From a virus, in IMG/VR virus record IMGVR_UViG_3300033150_001207, positions 1 through 64,000 of that record: a DNA stretch of 64,000 nucleotides; one strand, given 5' to 3'. Both the position numbers and the translations under genes were made by a program. Under the pieces are notes generated by a model. That model was not told the DNA's origin, ran no database searches, and saw nothing but the letters and a program-made list of their open reading frames with translations. Below are positions 18,143 to 28,617 of this stretch, one piece after another (position 1 is the first letter of the stretch; every line of letters begins with the position of its first letter).

Positions 18143-18838
18143 CTATAAATTCAATTTTAATTGTGAGCGTTCGTATTTTATTCTTTTATTTGCAATGTTC
18201 ACATAATCTTGATTAATTTCAAAACCAATAAAATTGCGATTGGTTCTTATACAGGCAACCGCCGTGGTGCCTGAACCCATGAATGGGTCGAGAATTAAAT
18301 CGTTTTCGTTGGATGACTTTACTAATATGTACTGAATTAAATCTACAGGTTTTTCGTTTTGATGACATTGGTTTTTACCTGCAACACGATTATGATACCA
18401 AACATCTGTTTCACGCTTACCATTAATAAAACGCCTACCCTTGTTTAGATATACAATAAGCTCCGTTTGTTTGCCGTATTGTGCATCAAGGTCGCCGGCA
18501 GTCCAATTATTCTTCACCCATGTTATCGTGTTTTTATAAGCAAACACATTATCCAGTAAAGGCTTTATTTTCTCAATAGCATCATGGTTTGTAAACCAGT
18601 ATATTGCCGAATTGTCTTTCAGCACACGGTTTATTTCATTAATAACAGGAACAGCCCATTTGATATTTTTATCATTTGCAATTTCAAAACAAAAATCATG
18701 GTCTTGCTGTATCCTGCGCCCAGTTTTGTATGCAACCCCATACGGTGGGTCGGTCAACACCAAATCTATGCTGTCATTATCAATCTTTTTCATGCCTTCA
18801 AAACAGTCCATATTATATATTTTATTAATTTCAAGCAT
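18143..18838 (-). CDS. Beta-class N6-A/N4-C DNA methyltransferase
   Basis: LTDPPY, HQNEKP, ILDPFMGSGTT, FIGFEI. Confidence 0.92.
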   Translation of the reverse strand: MLEINKIYNMDCFEGMKKIDNDSIDLVLTDPPYGVAYKTGRRIQQDHDFCFEIANDKNIKWAVPVINEINRVLKDNSAIYWFTNHDAIEKIKPLLDNVFAYKNTITWVKNNWTAGDLDAQYGKQTELIVYLNKGRRFINGKRETDVWYHNRVAGKNQCHQNEKPVDLIQYILVKSSNENDLILDPFMGSGTTAVACIRTNRNFIGFEINQDYVNIANKRIKYERSQLKLNL

Positions 18839-18924
18839 TTGTATTTCCTTAACATAGCAGGCAATAAACCTTACTACTGTTGTACTTATTACTTATTTTC
18901 ATGGAAGCAAAACGGGAATGTATC

Positions 18925-18953
18925 AGTATACTAAATATAGCTCAGCATGTCAA
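18925..18953 (-). promoter_or_regulatory. Sigma70-type promoter
   Basis: TTGACA-17-TATACT on the minus strand, upstream of the MTase. Confidence 0.7.
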
Positions 18954-19034
18954 TAGAAAATCTTTGCATTTCCCACAATTTCCACTCGCAATCCATCCCG
19001 TAACCCACAAAAACAAAAAAATCAGCATAAATAC

Positions 19035-19063
19035 TTGACATATACAGTGTAATTCTTTATATT
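19035..19063 (+). promoter_or_regulatory. Sigma70-type promoter of the packaging/virion module
   Basis: TTGACA-17-TATATT upstream of TerS. Confidence 0.75.
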
Positions 19064-19153
19064 GTAACACTGTAGCATAATGTACATTTGTACTAATCTA
19101 CAACAACCTGTTTAAACACAATGTATTATATATCACAATAACGATGGTGAAGT

Positions 19154-19651
19154 ATGGGCAAAAAGAAAAAATATGAAATAACTGAAGATAAACAAACAGG
19201 TAAATTTTCTGCTATTGATTACAAACCAGAATATTGCCAGGCAATTATTGACTACTTCAATATCGAACCGTATGAAGAAGTAAGAAACGAGGATGGTTTG
19301 ATAATCGACAGAATTCCAGTTAAAGTTCCTCTTCTTGGGAAATTCGCCGCGAGTATTGGTACAACCAGGTCTACAATACATCGATGGAAAAACAAATATC
19401 CCGAATTTGCCATTGCGTACGAAACAGCTCAAGCATATCAAGAAGATATACTTCTTACCAATGGACTATTGGGACTATATAAAAGTGCAAGTGTTGTAAT
19501 TTTCGCAATGAAAAATATACTTCAGTGGCGTGATAAGATTGAGACGACACATGAAGGTAGTCTGATAAACGACCTTGTGGCTGTTGTTTCAAAACACAAT
19601 CAAAAGAAGGATTTTATACAACAACGCGATGAATTCAGGCTTATCTCTTAA
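19154..19651 (+). CDS. terS: Terminase small subunit
   Basis: YKPEYCQ, HTH (FAASIGTTRSTIHRWKNKYPEF), IFAMKN…WRDK; directly upstream of TerL. Confidence 0.85.
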   Translation: MGKKKKYEITEDKQTGKFSAIDYKPEYCQAIIDYFNIEPYEEVRNEDGLIIDRIPVKVPLLGKFAASIGTTRSTIHRWKNKYPEFAIAYETAQAYQEDILLTNGLLGLYKSASVVIFAMKNILQWRDKIETTHEGSLINDLVAVVSKHNQKKDFIQQRDEFRLIS

Positions 19652-21206
19652 GGAACATAGGAAACCGAAACCCAGAAGAACTGGGCATGCTTACGACGAA
19701 GAAAAATGGGGACGCGACAAGAAACTGCTCAGCAATCAATACTGGAGATTGAATAATTTATACTGGATAATCGATAAGAATGGCAATAGGGTTCTTTTCA
19801 GAATGAATAATGTTCAGGACCACCTCTACAAAAATATGTGGTACTGGAACTTGATCTTGAAAAGCCGACAGCATGGTCATTCAACATTTGTGGGTTTACT
19901 GGCTCTTGATTATGCATTATTTAACAATAATGTGACTGTTAATATTATTGCACATAAATTAGATGATGCCGAGACTCTGTTTGCTAAGAAAATAGAATAT
20001 CCGTATTTAAATCTTCCAGAAGAGATACGAGAAGCCAGACCGGCTAAGAGTAAAACTGTTAGAACTCTTAAATTCAGCAATAATAGTGAGATTGCGGTTG
20101 ATACTTCTGCAAGAAGTGACACTTTGAATTTTTTGCATCTTTCTGAGATGGGGAAGATATGCCTTAACCACCCAGACAAAGCAAAAGAGATAGTTAATGG
20201 TTCAATTCCCGCATTACATACTGGTAGTTTATTATTTATAGAATCAACAAGCGAGGGTCCCGGTGGATATTTTGCAGATTGGTGTAAAGAAGCGTATGAC
20301 AGAGAACTTCGAGGTATAAAACCCAACAAGCGTCAGTTCAAACTTAACTTTTACCCATGGCATGAAGCAAAACATAATAGACTCAATCCCGAAGGTATAC
20401 AAATTTACCCCCGGCTGAATGATTATTTTTCTGATTTAAAACACAAACATAACATAGAGCTGGATGATGAACAAAAGGCCTGGTATGCGAATGAAATAAA
20501 CATTTTTGAAGATAACATGAGGCGTGAGCATCCGAGTTACTTCGAGGAAGCTTTTTACGAATCAACAGAGGGGGCATACTATTCGCAACAATTCAGGAAA
20601 ATGCGGGAAGAAGGTAGAATTACTAAAGTGCCCTACGATCCAAGTTTTCTAGTCACAACATCCTGGGATATCGGGGTAGACGATTCGACTGCTATATGGT
20701 TTACCCAGACCTGCGGACGTGAACTACACTGGATTGATTATATAGAGTCCAGCGGTGAGGGAATAGGATATTATGTTGATTTACTGAGAGAAAGGCAGCG
20801 AAAGTTCGGTTATAAATATGGGGCTCACATTGCCCCACCAGATATTATGGTAAGAGAGTTTGGTGCAGTCAACGCAGCGACACGTTGGCAGGCAGCAGCT
20901 AATTTAGGAATTAAGTTCGATATTGCACCAGCAGTAAGTGTTGCTGATGGAATACAGGCATTAAGAACCCTTCTAGATATTTCCTGGTTTGATGAAGAAA
21001 AATGTAGAGACGGTTATACCAAGTTGGAAAAATACCGTAAGGAATATGATGTGAGACTTGACAAATGGAAAGATAAACCGCGGCACGATCTTAATTCCCA
21101 TGCCAGCGACGCCGCACGCTATAGGGCAGTAGCCTGGAAAAGCAATGTACATACAAGCAATTTTAAAGTAGGGGAAAAATCAGTACCAGTGGGTGCATGG
21201 ACATAA
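19629..21206 (+). CDS. terL: Terminase large subunit
   Basis: Walker A LILKSRQHGHST, Walker B LHLSE, coupling motif ESTS, nuclease WDIG and HASDAARY; ATG at 19629 preferred. Confidence 0.92.
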   Translation: MNSGLSLKEHRKPKPRRTGHAYDEEKWGRDKKLLSNQYWRLNNLYWIIDKNGNRVLFRMNNVQDHLYKNMWYWNLILKSRQHGHSTFVGLLALDYALFNNNVTVNIIAHKLDDAETLFAKKIEYPYLNLPEEIREARPAKSKTVRTLKFSNNSEIAVDTSARSDTLNFLHLSEMGKICLNHPDKAKEIVNGSIPALHTGSLLFIESTSEGPGGYFADWCKEAYDRELRGIKPNKRQFKLNFYPWHEAKHNRLNPEGIQIYPRLNDYFSDLKHKHNIELDDEQKAWYANEINIFEDNMRREHPSYFEEAFYESTEGAYYSQQFRKMREEGRITKVPYDPSFLVTTSWDIGVDDSTAIWFTQTCGRELHWIDYIESSGEGIGYYVDLLRERQRKFGYKYGAHIAPPDIMVREFGAVNAATRWQAAANLGIKFDIAPAVSVADGIQALRTLLDISWFDEEKCRDGYTKLEKYRKEYDVRLDKWKDKPRHDLNSHASDAARYRAVAWKSNVHTSNFKVGEKSVPVGAWT

Positions 21207-21215
21207 GGATAGAGT

Positions 21216-23399
21216 ATGGCTGAGGTAATTAGATTATCACGAGAAGATATGGCAGAAAAACATGAAGAAGCAGTGCGGGAATCATATGCGGAAACCGAAA
21301 AGGCAATTGACCAGATTTCCCAAAGGGTTCAATCCCAGAGACAATTTAGTAATCTGGCAAGTTATATTCGGAGTTGCTGGAACAGTGCTCGTTCTGCCAA
21401 AATGGATATCCAGAAAGAGTTATATGAAAGTGCTTTGCAGCGTCGGGGTGAATACACACCCCAAAAGTTAAACGAGATAAAGCAACTTCCTGGCTCAACT
21501 GTATTCATGAATATAACATCGGTTAAATGCCGTGCTGCCGAGGCGTGGATAGATGATTCTCTTGGACATCAAGATACTCAGATATGGGACATAAAACCGA
21601 CGCCCATTCCAGACTTGCCTCCGCATATAAAAGAATACATTGAAAAGCTCGCTCAGTTTCGGGTCAGTAAAAATCCTCTTTTATTCCAAACAATCGAAAG
21701 TCAAAAAGAGTTTCAGGATTATCTCATATCGAACACTCATATAGAAATGCAGAAACAGGCAGAACTTGCCGCTGAACGTATGAGATTTAAAATTGAAGAC
21801 CAACTTATCGAAGCCAACTGGGTAGATGCACTTAAAGAAGTTATATCTGATGTTATTACATACAAAGCGGGATTTCTGAAAGGTCCAATTGTAAGACGTA
21901 AACTCACGCTCAAATGGGAACATGATGAAAGGACTGGAACATGGAATCCTAAAATAGAACCCAGGCTGGTTGTTAATTACGAACGTATATCCCCTTTTGA
22001 TATATATCCCGCACCTTCTGCTACCGGTATAAATACTGGATTTTTGATTGAGCACCACAGGCTAATCAGGCAGGATTTGGTAGATTTGATAGGCGTCCCC
22101 GGTTATCATACCCCAACCATCAGAAAAGTATTGAAGGAATACGGTAGCGGTGGACTCAGGGATTGGGTAAGAGTACAATCACTTAAAGAAGAAGCTGAGG
22201 GTAGAAAAGATATAGAATCCGCATCGGAAACCCCCTCTCCTGATAAAACAATAGATGCACTCGAATTCTGGGGTGATGCACCCGGTAGACTTCTTCTTGA
22301 ATGGGGACTGAAAACAGATGCCATAGATGATCCTGATAAAGAATATCATATCAGTGCATGGCTGATTGGTGAATATGTCATTAAAGCCACGTTAAATCAA
22401 CATCCTACTGGAAACAAACCGTACTATAAGACTTCATTTGAGAATATACCGGGTTCGTTCTGGGGTCGAGGTGTCCCTGAAATTATGAAAGATATTCAGG
22501 CGGTCTGTAATGCAACCGCAAGAGCGCTTATCAATAATTTGAGCATATCAAGTGCTCCTCAGACGATGGTTGATGTCAATCAGCTCGCATCGGGGCAAAA
22601 TATTGAAGAAATGTATCCTTGGAAACTATGGTATATCGACACCTCTACTGCTGGATTATCTAAAAACAGAGCGATTGAGTTTTTCCAGCCTAATTCCAAT
22701 GCTGACCAATTGCTCAGAGTGTATCAATACTATAAGAAAGAAGCGGATGAACATACTGGTATACCTTCTTATACGTATGGGTCGCCCGATGTTGGTGCTG
22801 GGGCCAGAACAGCGACAGGGCTTTCAATTCTTATGTCTAACGCGGCCAAAGGAATTCGTTTTGCTATATCCAATATTGATTTTAGTATAATCAGACCTTC
22901 TATAGATAATCTATATACGTTTAATATGTTGTATGATGAAGATGCGAGTATCAAGGGTGATTTACAGGTTGTTACGAAGGGCGCTCTTAGTCTTATACAG
23001 AAGGAAACAACTGCCGTACGTCGTGTGGAAATGCTGAATACTCTGGCAACAAACCCTGTTTATTTAGAAGTTATCGGGAAGAGAGGTATCTCTAATTTAC
23101 TTAGAGAAGTTATTGGCACACTTGATATGCCAACTGAGAGTATTGTACCAAGTGAACAAGACATAGAATCTCAAGATATACAAAAACAGATAATATTGCA
23201 ACTGCAACAAGGATTGATGGCAATACAGCAAGGTCAGATAACACCAGATGAATTCGTAGCAACGTTAATTCAATTACTTGGTATACAAGCCCCAGAACAA
23301 TCAACTAAGGGAACGCCGCAAAAGCCAGCTACTCTGATGCCAAGCGGTGAGCGTGCAGGTGGAATTGATACGAGTTTATATGTAAAACAAAAGCAGTAA
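21216..23399 (+). CDS. Portal protein (podovirus-type)
   Basis: 727 aa after TerL; PGSFWGRGV, ADEHTGIP and RTATGLSILM motifs. Confidence 0.88.
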   Translation: MAEVIRLSREDMAEKHEEAVRESYAETEKAIDQISQRVQSQRQFSNLASYIRSCWNSARSAKMDIQKELYESALQRRGEYTPQKLNEIKQLPGSTVFMNITSVKCRAAEAWIDDSLGHQDTQIWDIKPTPIPDLPPHIKEYIEKLAQFRVSKNPLLFQTIESQKEFQDYLISNTHIEMQKQAELAAERMRFKIEDQLIEANWVDALKEVISDVITYKAGFLKGPIVRRKLTLKWEHDERTGTWNPKIEPRLVVNYERISPFDIYPAPSATGINTGFLIEHHRLIRQDLVDLIGVPGYHTPTIRKVLKEYGSGGLRDWVRVQSLKEEAEGRKDIESASETPSPDKTIDALEFWGDAPGRLLLEWGLKTDAIDDPDKEYHISAWLIGEYVIKATLNQHPTGNKPYYKTSFENIPGSFWGRGVPEIMKDIQAVCNATARALINNLSISSAPQTMVDVNQLASGQNIEEMYPWKLWYIDTSTAGLSKNRAIEFFQPNSNADQLLRVYQYYKKEADEHTGIPSYTYGSPDVGAGARTATGLSILMSNAAKGIRFAISNIDFSIIRPSIDNLYTFNMLYDEDASIKGDLQVVTKGALSLIQKETTAVRRVEMLNTLATNPVYLEVIGKRGISNLLREVIGTLDMPTESIVPSEQDIESQDIQKQIILQLQQGLMAIQQGQITPDEFVATLIQLLGIQAPEQSTKGTPQKPATLMPSGERAGGIDTSLYVKQKQ

Positions 23400-23412
23400 G
23401 CGAGAGGGTATT

Positions 23413-23682
23413 GTGAAACCGCCAGACAAAGATGTGCTTATAGCGATAGAAGGATTGAAAGCCACCAATTTTGCTCAGTTCGAGAAGATTGTCGAGTGGT
23501 TTAGAGAATCGTACGAATCTGACCTTAAAAATGCTCTCAGTCCGATTGTCAGTGATAAAGAACAACACCAAGCAGCGGGTTCGGCAAATACACTCAGTTT
23601 TATACTTAATGTCATAGAAAGCGCTCGTAATAGAATTGAAAGCACGAATTATATTGAGTATGTAACTTCAAAAAAAGGATAG
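23413..23682 (+). CDS. Small portal-adjacent head protein
   Basis: Small helical ORF in the usual post-portal position. Confidence 0.6.
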   Translation: MKPPDKDVLIAIEGLKATNFAQFEKIVEWFRESYESDLKNALSPIVSDKEQHQAAGSANTLSFILNVIESARNRIESTNYIEYVTSKKG

Positions 23683-23816
23683 AATATAACGATGGTTGGT
23701 AGTTATAGATTGCATGCAAAAGACAATACACACAGGGGAATAGTTATGAATAAGGTTCGGGAACTCCCCGAAGCCTGAAGAAAGTCGAACTAATTCTTTC
23801 AGAGGAGTTAAAAACA

Positions 23817-24203
23817 ATGGCACGTTATGAGAATTTTACAGTAACAGACCTGTATGTAGATAATATATACGGTTTACACAGCCTATCAAGCGATGTGGTT
23901 GATTTCGGTGAAGATGCTGATGGTGTTGATGTTAAATTCTACGGTGATACGAGTGGGGTTTATGTATTATGGGATGAGTCGGCAGATTCTCTGTGCTTTA
24001 ACAGCGCTGACATAACCGTTAGTAATGCACAGATTCAGTTTTCAAGCGCCGATGGTGCGCCATTTGTATTTGCTAACGACGGGTGTAGTGATTGCGCCGA
24101 TATGGCGTCAGCTGTATCAAGTACCATCAATGCGGTTGTTAAAGTCAAAGTCGGTGCTACAACCACTTATCTGGTTGGATATGACGGGTACACCGCTGCA
24201 TAG
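23817..24203 (+). CDS. Putative virion decoration/fibre-like protein
   Basis: GAGGAG leader; acidic and beta-rich; FGEDADGVDVKFYGDTSG…LWDESAD. Confidence 0.55.
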   Translation: MARYENFTVTDLYVDNIYGLHSLSSDVVDFGEDADGVDVKFYGDTSGVYVLWDESADSLCFNSADITVSNAQIQFSSADGAPFVFANDGCSDCADMASAVSSTINAVVKVKVGATTTYLVGYDGYTAA

Positions 24204-24236
24204 GTGTAATATAATACAACACAACAGGGGAATATT

Positions 24237-25172
24237 ATGAAATTGAGTTACGATAACTACCTCGTTACCGGGGGTGCAGGATTTATTGGCAGCCATCTTG
24301 GCGAAGCAATAGTTAAACAGGGCAAGAAGCTAGTGATCCTTGATAACTTAATAACGGGAAAGAGAGAAAATTTAGAACCGTGGTGGGATGAACAGCTTTG
24401 TACATTTGTAGAAGCTGATATTAGCGACTATAATTCAATCCACCCATATTTTGATAGTGTTGATATTGTATTCCATAATGCCGCTTCCAAATGTACCGTA
24501 TGCAGAAAAGCCCCAAATACTGATTTAATGGTCAATGCATGGGGTTCGTTAAATGTATTCAGAGCTTCGCAAAGTGCCGGGGTAAAGAAAGTTATTCATG
24601 CCTCCACTGGTTCTACGATGGAAGGTAATCCGAAATCATTCTATGGTGTAAGCAAGCTTGCGGCTGAAAATTACCTTGCTGTTATGCGAGAGTACCATCC
24701 CGAATTTGTTTATTCTATATTGCGATATTACCATGTCTATGGAACTCGTCAGGATAATAGCGACGAAGGCGGCGTGATACCTATATTTATACGCAATGTT
24801 CTCAATAACGAACCTATTGTTATATTTGGCGACGGTAAACAGGTTAGGCATTTTACTACCGTCGAAGATGTTGTGAAAGCCAATTTATATGTATCCGAGG
24901 TAGATGAATTTAGCTGGTATCCAGAATCGCCGCTTACTGTAGTATCAGATGTAAAGATTAGTATTTTAGATTTAGCACATTTAATATGTGAATTGATGGG
25001 TAAGCCAGATCATGAGATTATATTCAGACCAGAAAAACATGGTGATGTAAAAAACTTTGAATTTGTCAGAAGCTATAATCTTGATGAATTGGTACGGTTC
25101 AACAATGACCTCGAAGGCGAGCTTAAAAAAGTGATAAACTGGTATAGAGAAAAATACAAATCAAGGCGATAA
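24237..25172 (+). CDS. NAD-dependent NDP-sugar epimerase/dehydratase (extended SDR)
   Basis: LVTGGAGFIGS, YGVSK, LRYYHVYG, GDGKQVRHF. Confidence 0.92.
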   Translation: MKLSYDNYLVTGGAGFIGSHLGEAIVKQGKKLVILDNLITGKRENLEPWWDEQLCTFVEADISDYNSIHPYFDSVDIVFHNAASKCTVCRKAPNTDLMVNAWGSLNVFRASQSAGVKKVIHASTGSTMEGNPKSFYGVSKLAAENYLAVMREYHPEFVYSILRYYHVYGTRQDNSDEGGVIPIFIRNVLNNEPIVIFGDGKQVRHFTTVEDVVKANLYVSEVDEFSWYPESPLTVVSDVKISILDLAHLICELMGKPDHEIIFRPEKHGDVKNFEFVRSYNLDELVRFNNDLEGELKKVINWYREKYKSRR

Positions 25173-25194
25173 AAAAACAATAGCGGGAAAAAGA

Positions 25195-26364
25195 ATGTCC
25201 GACTTTTACTGGCGTAATAAAGTCTTCAAGAGCGAACTTGGAAAATCCGCATGGGTATATAAAATTATACCAAAAGAATTAACCGTGAGGAAAACCATTG
25301 AGCCTGGACTCATAGAACCGCTCACTGAACATTATTTAAAAACACCGTTTTATGAAGTCAATATTGTTCCATACCATGAAGCACAAACGCAAGAAGTGGC
25401 TGATTTTGTTGCCAAAGGTTGCAAATCAAAAAATATAAGTAAACAAAAGTTCTCGAAACTGTACTACGAGACATTAAAAAGAGTTATAAAAGAGAACTGG
25501 GAATCGGATAAGTTTCATGTGCTATTACAGTCATCTGGGTATGATTCACGTCTTATCTCCATGGCAATCAAAGACAATCATAAAGAACTTGGGGATAGAT
25601 GGCTCGGTGATATAATAATAGTTGAGTCTGGTAGTGAATTCAAGCTATTTAAAAAAATAATGAAACATATGGATTGGAAGCCTTATCAGTATACGGTATA
25701 TAACAACGGTGATAATCCAGATTTGAACATAAATGAATATTACTCTGATAATTTCGATTTCAAAAAAGCATGGAAAAGATTGAATGGATACTCAAGCTAT
25801 CCGATGAATCAGTATGATTTGATTGTTGACTGGTTGTACGATACCAACATAATACCAGAAAACAGAGAGTATCAGGGTTGGTCTGGTTATGGTTCAAACG
25901 AGACAACATTAGCAATTGCATGGAATATGGGTATTCCATGGTATTTCAGACATTATTATTATCACGGGTTATCGCATTTTCCGAGAGAGAACTGGGTATT
26001 TCCGTACTTGCATTTTGATATGCTGGATTTATTACAAACTTATGGGCAGAATTACGCAAAAGAAACATTTAGCAAAAGGGCTGGAATACCAGAATTGGTG
26101 CTTAATGAATTATTTCCTGAATTGCAAAAGATACCCAAAATGTATCTTGAAGATTTAGTGAACGCTGGATATAGGACAATTTCGGACAGCCTATTGGAAC
26201 AGGTTAGCAAAGATTACTTTGCATCGTGGTATGGGAAAAACGTAAACCCGAATGTCAAACCACAGAAACAGATTGATTATTTATCATGGTGGGTTTGCTG
26301 GAGCATGGCGAGTTTTTGTGAGTATTTATTGGAAAACAATTACAACATATTAATAGGACAATAA
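25195..26364 (+). CDS. Asparagine-synthetase-like ATP-pyrophosphatase domain protein lacking the glutaminase domain
   Basis: LLQSSGYDSRLI PP-loop, SGYGSNE (cf. SGEGADE), FPYL. Confidence 0.6.
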   Translation: MSDFYWRNKVFKSELGKSAWVYKIIPKELTVRKTIEPGLIEPLTEHYLKTPFYEVNIVPYHEAQTQEVADFVAKGCKSKNISKQKFSKLYYETLKRVIKENWESDKFHVLLQSSGYDSRLISMAIKDNHKELGDRWLGDIIIVESGSEFKLFKKIMKHMDWKPYQYTVYNNGDNPDLNINEYYSDNFDFKKAWKRLNGYSSYPMNQYDLIVDWLYDTNIIPENREYQGWSGYGSNETTLAIAWNMGIPWYFRHYYYHGLSHFPRENWVFPYLHFDMLDLLQTYGQNYAKETFSKRAGIPELVLNELFPELQKIPKMYLEDLVNAGYRTISDSLLEQVSKDYFASWYGKNVNPNVKPQKQIDYLSWWVCWSMASFCEYLLENNYNILIGQ

Positions 26365-26379
26365 CGCAGGGGAAAAATT

Positions 26380-27372
26380 ATGTTTGATGTATTAGCACTC
26401 TGTCAATTCGATTGGGCAAACACAGCTTATAAGTTTTGCCAGTGCTTACAAACACTGGGTATTAACGTAATCGGGTATAAGGGGCAACCTCATGAATTTA
26501 ATTATGTCAATCAGTTGCCTATTCATCTGGAACTTAATAAAGGTATAATTGGCAATAAACATCCGCTTGTCGTATTCGCACCCGGCATGAAAGGGCTTGT
26601 TGAAAAGGCCAAAGTTGTACATTTCTTTGCAAGTACATTTATTGAAACGGGTGTTGATTTATCAAATAAGAAAATAATTGCACAACATGGCGGTACAACT
26701 TACAGGCTTGATCCAAAAGCAAGTAACGAGGTGTTCAATCCGATGGTTACTGCTACAATAATACAGTACCCAACGTTACTTAACAAGGGCGCAAAGAATG
26801 AACACTTAATTTATTATCCAGTTGATACCAATTTCATACAGCCAGATTTTGAACGCAAAGGCAAAAGTAAACTCATAGTGGGACATTTTCCGAGTACATG
26901 CGATTCAAAAGGTACTGAAACCATTGTGAATGTAATGGACAAATTGAAGGACAAATTCGAGTATATAGGTGTACGCAAAGATATTCGCATCGATTGGTTG
27001 AACAATCTCGAAAGGGTAAACAAATGCGACATATTAATAGAAACAATTAAGCCAGAGTTGATGGGAAAAGAATTTGGAAGCTGGGGAAATGCCTGCCTGG
27101 AAGCTGCCGCTCTCGGTAAAATAGTGATAACCAATGATAATTATCAAGATATATATAAACGGGAATATGGCAATTGGTTCGAGCCTATGATAGCCAATGA
27201 CGGTGAACAACTCGAACAAAGATTACTCGAATTGTATGATTATATGGATAAAGAAATATTCCATAAGAAACAAGCATCACGGGAATGGGTAGTACAATGC
27301 CATTCAATATCTGTTACTGCCGAACGCCTGTGGGATAAAGCTTATCAATATCTAAACATCGGGAGAAAATAA
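26380..27372 (+). CDS. GT-B fold glycosyltransferase
   Basis: YPVDT, VGHFPS…KGT, CDILIE…WGNACLEAAALGKIVIT. Confidence 0.8.
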   Translation: MFDVLALCQFDWANTAYKFCQCLQTLGINVIGYKGQPHEFNYVNQLPIHLELNKGIIGNKHPLVVFAPGMKGLVEKAKVVHFFASTFIETGVDLSNKKIIAQHGGTTYRLDPKASNEVFNPMVTATIIQYPTLLNKGAKNEHLIYYPVDTNFIQPDFERKGKSKLIVGHFPSTCDSKGTETIVNVMDKLKDKFEYIGVRKDIRIDWLNNLERVNKCDILIETIKPELMGKEFGSWGNACLEAAALGKIVITNDNYQDIYKREYGNWFEPMIANDGEQLEQRLLELYDYMDKEIFHKKQASREWVVQCHSISVTAERLWDKAYQYLNIGRK

Positions 27373-28437
27373 ATGAATGTAAAACCGAAAGTAACAATGA
27401 TTAGCTTACATTGCTGCATAAGAGTTGTCAAAGAAGCAATAGCACTAAAGAATCATGGGTATGAGGTGCACGGAATACTCGGTGCATTGGCAATGCGTGA
27501 TGTATTCGATACAATCACCATATTTACGGATGGGGATAGTTTACAAAAAGCGGTTAAAGATTCAAATGCTGATATATTTCATGTGCATAATGAACCAGAT
27601 TGGATTGTACCATTAATAAAATACCCAGCGAAGAAAAAACCTATTATCTGGGATATGCACGACCCTGAACATTTACGTGATAACAATCCGAAACCAGAAG
27701 AAACGACATCTGTCATGCTTGCGGATGGTATTGTACACGTAAGTGAACCATGTATGAAAGCACTACATAAAGCGTATGAATATAATAAACCAGAATGCGT
27801 AATACATTCAATGGTAAATGAAAAGTTTATGCCGCCAGATAATGCAATTATTCCAGACCCAAGTTTTAAATCAATTGTATATGAAGGGGGTATAGACGAT
27901 ACCGAAAAACCTGTTATAATCGGCGAAGACCCATCGGGTTCAGATAAAACGCTAGCCAGAGTAAATTTAAGATATATTATTGATATAGTAAAAGCTTTTT
28001 GTGTTTCTGGGTACAATTTTACAATTCTTTGTGCAAAGAATCTTAAAAATAATAATTATCAGAATGCAGGCGCTTTTGTTGTAAAACCAGTGCCATATGG
28101 TCAGATGTTGTTAGGTTTGCGTTCTCATGGATTAGGACTTAACGGTTCCCCATACAATTCAAGACTGTTGCAATATGCTTCACCGAATAAATTATGGGAA
28201 TATATAAGTCAGGGTGTTGTGCCAGTGTGTTTTAATACAGACGAAAGTTTCAGACTTTGTGAACAGTATGATATCGGATTAAAGTTGACTTCACTTAACA
28301 ATATAGAAAGCCAGTTGACTGAAGCGCCGCAAAAACGAAAGAATCTGCTTAAAGTAAGAAAAGAATTCACAATGGAAAGTGAAATACCGAAGCTGATGAG
28401 GCTGTACGAAAAAGTATTGAGTAATGAAAAAACATAA
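27373..28437 (+). CDS. GT-B (GT4-like) glycosyltransferase
   Basis: RVVKEA…GYEVH, DIFHVHN, IWDMHD, VYEGG, ASPNKLWEYISQGV. Confidence 0.82.
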   Translation: MNVKPKVTMISLHCCIRVVKEAIALKNHGYEVHGILGALAMRDVFDTITIFTDGDSLQKAVKDSNADIFHVHNEPDWIVPLIKYPAKKKPIIWDMHDPEHLRDNNPKPEETTSVMLADGIVHVSEPCMKALHKAYEYNKPECVIHSMVNEKFMPPDNAIIPDPSFKSIVYEGGIDDTEKPVIIGEDPSGSDKTLARVNLRYIIDIVKAFCVSGYNFTILCAKNLKNNNYQNAGAFVVKPVPYGQMLLGLRSHGLGLNGSPYNSRLLQYASPNKLWEYISQGVVPVCFNTDESFRLCEQYDIGLKLTSLNNIESQLTEAPQKRKNLLKVRKEFTMESEIPKLMRLYEKVLSNEKT

Positions 28438-28451
28438 TCCTTATAGTAAAA

Positions 28452-28501
28452 CCACCCATTCCGTACGTTACGTACTCACCAATTGGGTGGGGAATAGGTG
28501 G
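28452..28501 (+). other. Branched stem-loop after the glycosylation cassette
   Basis: Outer CCACC/GGTGG and ATTCC/GGAAT stems enclosing GTACG/CGTAC and CACC/GGTG hairpins. Confidence 0.5.
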
Positions 28502-28617
28502 CGTCCTGTGTGTTAGATAAAACCTAACGAAAGTAAATATACACAATGCAAAGCAATAAGTCAATAAAAAATAATATGTTTGTTTTATTTAATTTTTATT
28601 AACACAAGGAGAAGAAA

